A stretch of DNA of 64,000 bases from a virus: positions 1 through 64,000 of the IMG/VR virus record IMGVR_UViG_3300036945_000368. One strand, given 5' to 3'. Below the pieces are notes generated by a model, which did no database searches, was not told the origin of the DNA, and saw only the letters and a program-made list of their open reading frames with translations. Every line of letters starts with the position of its first letter. Positions within the stretch are counted from its first letter, which is position 1. The translations under genes were made by a program, and so were the position numbers. Positions 61,343 to 64,000 of this stretch are shown here, in pieces.

Positions 61343-63706
61343 TTAGTATGTACCACCGTCTAAGTCTGCCCAAACTGGCAAACCACTTCCATTAATTTGC
61401 AGCACTTTACCATTTGTGCCTGCTGAAAGTTTTGCTAAAGTATTGCTACCTGAAGCATAGATTATATCACCAATCGAATAACTTGTCAACCCTGTACCGC
61501 CTTTAGCGGTTGCAATAGTATCAGCAGACCAAGTACCTGTAGTAACGACACCTAATGTAGTAATGCTTGTCTGACCTGCATAGTTACTGGCAATATCAAT
61601 TGCATCAGCTCCTACTGTGATTCTGTTAGCAGTACCAACCGCATTAATTACTCCACCAGTAAAGGTTAAACCGTTACCAGCAATGCCTGTATGCAATTGT
61701 AGTGCGTTAGCTCCTGAGAACTCTAATCCACCGCTTACAGCAAGCTTAGTTGAAAAGGTAGTACCTGTTAAATCTAGACCAGCACCAGCATTGTATGTAC
61801 CAGCACCAGAGAACTGAGTCCATACAAGAGGGTCTGTACCAATTACATCTACTGTAGCAGTTTGAACCCAACCTGTACTACCATTAGTTCCACCGCCAAC
61901 TACGAATACGAAATCACCGCCTTGAATGTCTAAATCAGAGTCGAAAAGTGAATCACGAGTGAGTACAGTACTACTAGTTAAAACATAAATACCATTATGA
62001 GCAGCGTTAGCTTGATTCTTAACTAAGACTCGTGCAACACCGTAACCTAAACCAGCACCTAATAGATCAACTCCGTCAAATGGATAGCCAGTTACATAAG
62101 AACCTGTAGTTGTTAATGTAGCGCCTACTCCAGAAGCTCCGTTATTATACGTAACAGTACCACCAGACATAATAGCCAAAGTATTTGTTGTGGCGGCATC
62201 TACACCGTCTTGTACATGCAAACCTTGAGCAGAAACAGTATCTACATAAAGCTTAGTTGCTGCATCTGTATCAGCCGTCGGTTCGGCAAGACCTGTAATG
62301 CGTTTATTGCTTACATCAACTGTACCTGTACCTGTTGGAGCTAATACTACGTTTCCGTTAGTATCTGTAGCACCAATAGTATTACCATTAATGTTAATAT
62401 TATCAACTTGTAATTCTGTTAAGCCAGCTAGACTTGTAATAGTGCTACCTAAGGTAACGCTGCTTGAGCCAATAGTAACACCAGAATAAACTAACTTATC
62501 ATTAGTAATACCTGCATCTTTAATGATTACGTCACCAGCAGTTACAGCAAAGTTTGCTGCGTTAAAAGTAGCAACACCTTTATTGGTAGTTGATGCATCT
62601 TCTGCAGAGATAGTAATACGGTTATTTACGCCGCTGATGATTGTGTCAATACCTTCACCACCGATGAAGCTTAATGTCTCACCGTTATTAAATACGTCCG
62701 GTGTGCCAGTATCAGCCGCTAATGTAAATGATGTTGAGATAGCTGCTGTAGCTACGTTAGTTACAAGACCTTTGGCATTTACTGTAACTACAGGTACATT
62801 AGTTGTTGAGCCAAATGTACCGACTGTACTATTAACAGTGTCTAAGACTACGGAAATACTTGTATTGCCTAAGTTAGTCATAGTAGCAGAACCGTCTGCA
62901 TCGCCAGTAATAGTGATTGTAGGACTATTGACTGCGAAATCTAACTTACCATTTGTGTCATCATAAGATACTGTAATACCAGCTTCGGTATTAGTAGACA
63001 CCATTGCGCCTACGATATCTTGGATTGATTCGTGATTTAAACTTACAGCACCAGCATTGATTGTGAAATCAGTACTGTCAAATGAAGCTGCACCTTTTTG
63101 TGTAGCAGTAGCATTCTTGATGGAAAGTGTTACAGTATCTGTAGTGATAGCTGTATCTAAGGCATCGACACCAACGAACGTTAATGTTGAACCTGTACTA
63201 AAAGATTCAGAACCAGTGTCACCAGCAATCGTAAAATCACTAGGTGGTAGACTAGACCATGAGGTTACACCTGCACCATCTGTTTTTAAATATTGTCCAT
63301 TAGTACCAGTAATATTAGGAAATGATTGACCACTTAAAAATACATGACCTGAACCATTTGGCACTAAATTCACATTACCATTAGCGTCTAAGGCTGAGAT
63401 AGTGTTACCATTGATATCGATATTATCGATTTTGATGTTATCTAGTCTACCATTGGAATCGGTAATTAAAGCTGAACTTACAGCTAACGTACCTTTCGTA
63501 TGATCTAACATATCGGTAAAATACTTACCACCGATAACTACGTGATTAACCGCATTACCGTTAGTTTCTGTACCCATACCAATATATAATCGGTCACCAC
63601 CGTTACTACCGTTATCTATTAAGGCTGAATATGCTAATTCACCTTGTGCAAGCACAGAAGGATTACCAGAAACCTCTGAGCGCTTAATTCTTACAATTGA
63701 TGCCAT
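61343..63706 (-). CDS. Long fibre-like structural protein
   Basis: IKRS...GELAYS N-terminus; DAATKLYVD; RVLVKNQ..A.HNGIY; ends LDGGTY. Confidence 0.82.
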   Translation of the reverse strand: MASIVRIKRSEVSGNPSVLAQGELAYSALIDNGSNGGDRLYIGMGTETNGNAVNHVVIGGKYFTDMLDHTKGTLAVSSALITDSNGRLDNIKIDNIDINGNTISALDANGNVNLVPNGSGHVFLSGQSFPNITGTNGQYLKTDGAGVTSWSSLPPSDFTIAGDTGSESFSTGSTLTFVGVDALDTAITTDTVTLSIKNATATQKGAASFDSTDFTINAGAVSLNHESIQDIVGAMVSTNTEAGITVSYDDTNGKLDFAVNSPTITITGDADGSATMTNLGNTSISVVLDTVNSTVGTFGSTTNVPVVTVNAKGLVTNVATAAISTSFTLAADTGTPDVFNNGETLSFIGGEGIDTIISGVNNRITISAEDASTTNKGVATFNAANFAVTAGDVIIKDAGITNDKLVYSGVTIGSSSVTLGSTITSLAGLTELQVDNININGNTIGATDTNGNVVLAPTGTGTVDVSNKRITGLAEPTADTDAATKLYVDTVSAQGLHVQDGVDAATTNTLAIMSGGTVTYNNGASGVGATLTTTGSYVTGYPFDGVDLLGAGLGYGVARVLVKNQANAAHNGIYVLTSSTVLTRDSLFDSDLDIQGGDFVFVVGGGTNGSTGWVQTATVDVIGTDPLVWTQFSGAGTYNAGAGLDLTGTTFSTKLAVSGGLEFSGANALQLHTGIAGNGLTFTGGVINAVGTANRITVGADAIDIASNYAGQTSITTLGVVTTGTWSADTIATAKGGTGLTSYSIGDIIYASGSNTLAKLSAGTNGKVLQINGSGLPVWADLDGGTY

Positions 63707-63716
63707 ATCTTATCCT

Positions 63717-63998
63717 TTAATAGTGGCCTGATTCTAGGCTCTGATTTGTTAGCTGAGTGTTGGCTACCCACTTCTGCTGCTGACTTGAAAAAATTAATAA
63801 CGAACCGTCTTGAAGGTATGAAACGTCCACATCAGGTGCAGCACTAATGCTCATTGACTCTCCAGTATCACCTTTTGGACCCGTAGGCCCAATCGGTCCT
63901 TGAGCGCCTTGAGTAATTACTTGTGTTTCTTGTTCAATTGTTAAAATTGTATCTACTTGACTATCATCTACAAGAATAGTCTCTGCTTCTGTAACGAC
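63717..63998 (-). CDS. Partial structural protein with a short collagen-like stretch (5' end outside window)
   Basis: Translated by hand: ...QGAQGPIGPTGPKGDTG...DGSLLIF...KW...LESGHY*. Confidence 0.75.
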   Translation of the reverse strand, partial: VVTEAETILVDDSQVDTILTIEQETQVITQGAQGPIGPTGPKGDTGESMSISAAPDVDVSYLQDGSLLIFSSQQQKWVANTQLTNQSLESGHY

Positions 63999-64000
63999 TA

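Noticed and set aside
39914-63329. Antisense or alternate-frame ORFs over structural genes (e.g. 39914-40243, 55271-55585, 62523-62966)
   Set aside because: Shadow ORFs produced by codon bias and coding repeats; no RBS or recognisable motifs

Overview
About 64 kb of a lytic tailed dsDNA phage genome with a long non-contractile (siphovirus-type) tail, in the standard genetic code. No integrase, RNA polymerase or sigma factor is visible. The protein style suggests an aquatic phage of a Gram-negative, possibly betaproteobacterial, host (inference). Layout: (1) 1-620 non-coding, repeat-rich. (2) 625-18201 minus strand: early/accessory genes, including many small ORFs, a GREB1/TAGT-like glycosyltransferase, two HNH nucleases, SleB, an HU-like protein, ThyX, macrodomain, Rnl1, PNK, a class II aldolase and two deaminases. 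(3) Divergent sigma70-type promoters at about 18.2-18.3 kb. (4) 18350-38038 plus strand: DNA ligase, RNA ligase 2, primase-helicase, family A polymerase, two tRNAs, SSB, nucleases, nucleotide-pool enzymes, NrdB/NrdA and thioredoxin. (5) 38092-64000 minus strand: lysis, tail, head and fibre genes; portal and terminase lie beyond the window. Most notable unexplained signals: a structured leader RNA that pairs with the ribosome-binding region of an HNH gene; a tRNA-bounded island with two structured RNAs plus a nucleotidyltransferase-like gene; a gene-32-like pseudoknot leader on the SSB; a +1 (TTT_CGA) tail-chaperone frameshift; accessory domains flanked by K-A/K-S sites in the protease and scaffold; an orphan TAGT pair; and a block-shuffled array of paralogous early ORFs. 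All family assignments come from motif recognition by eye; no searches were run.
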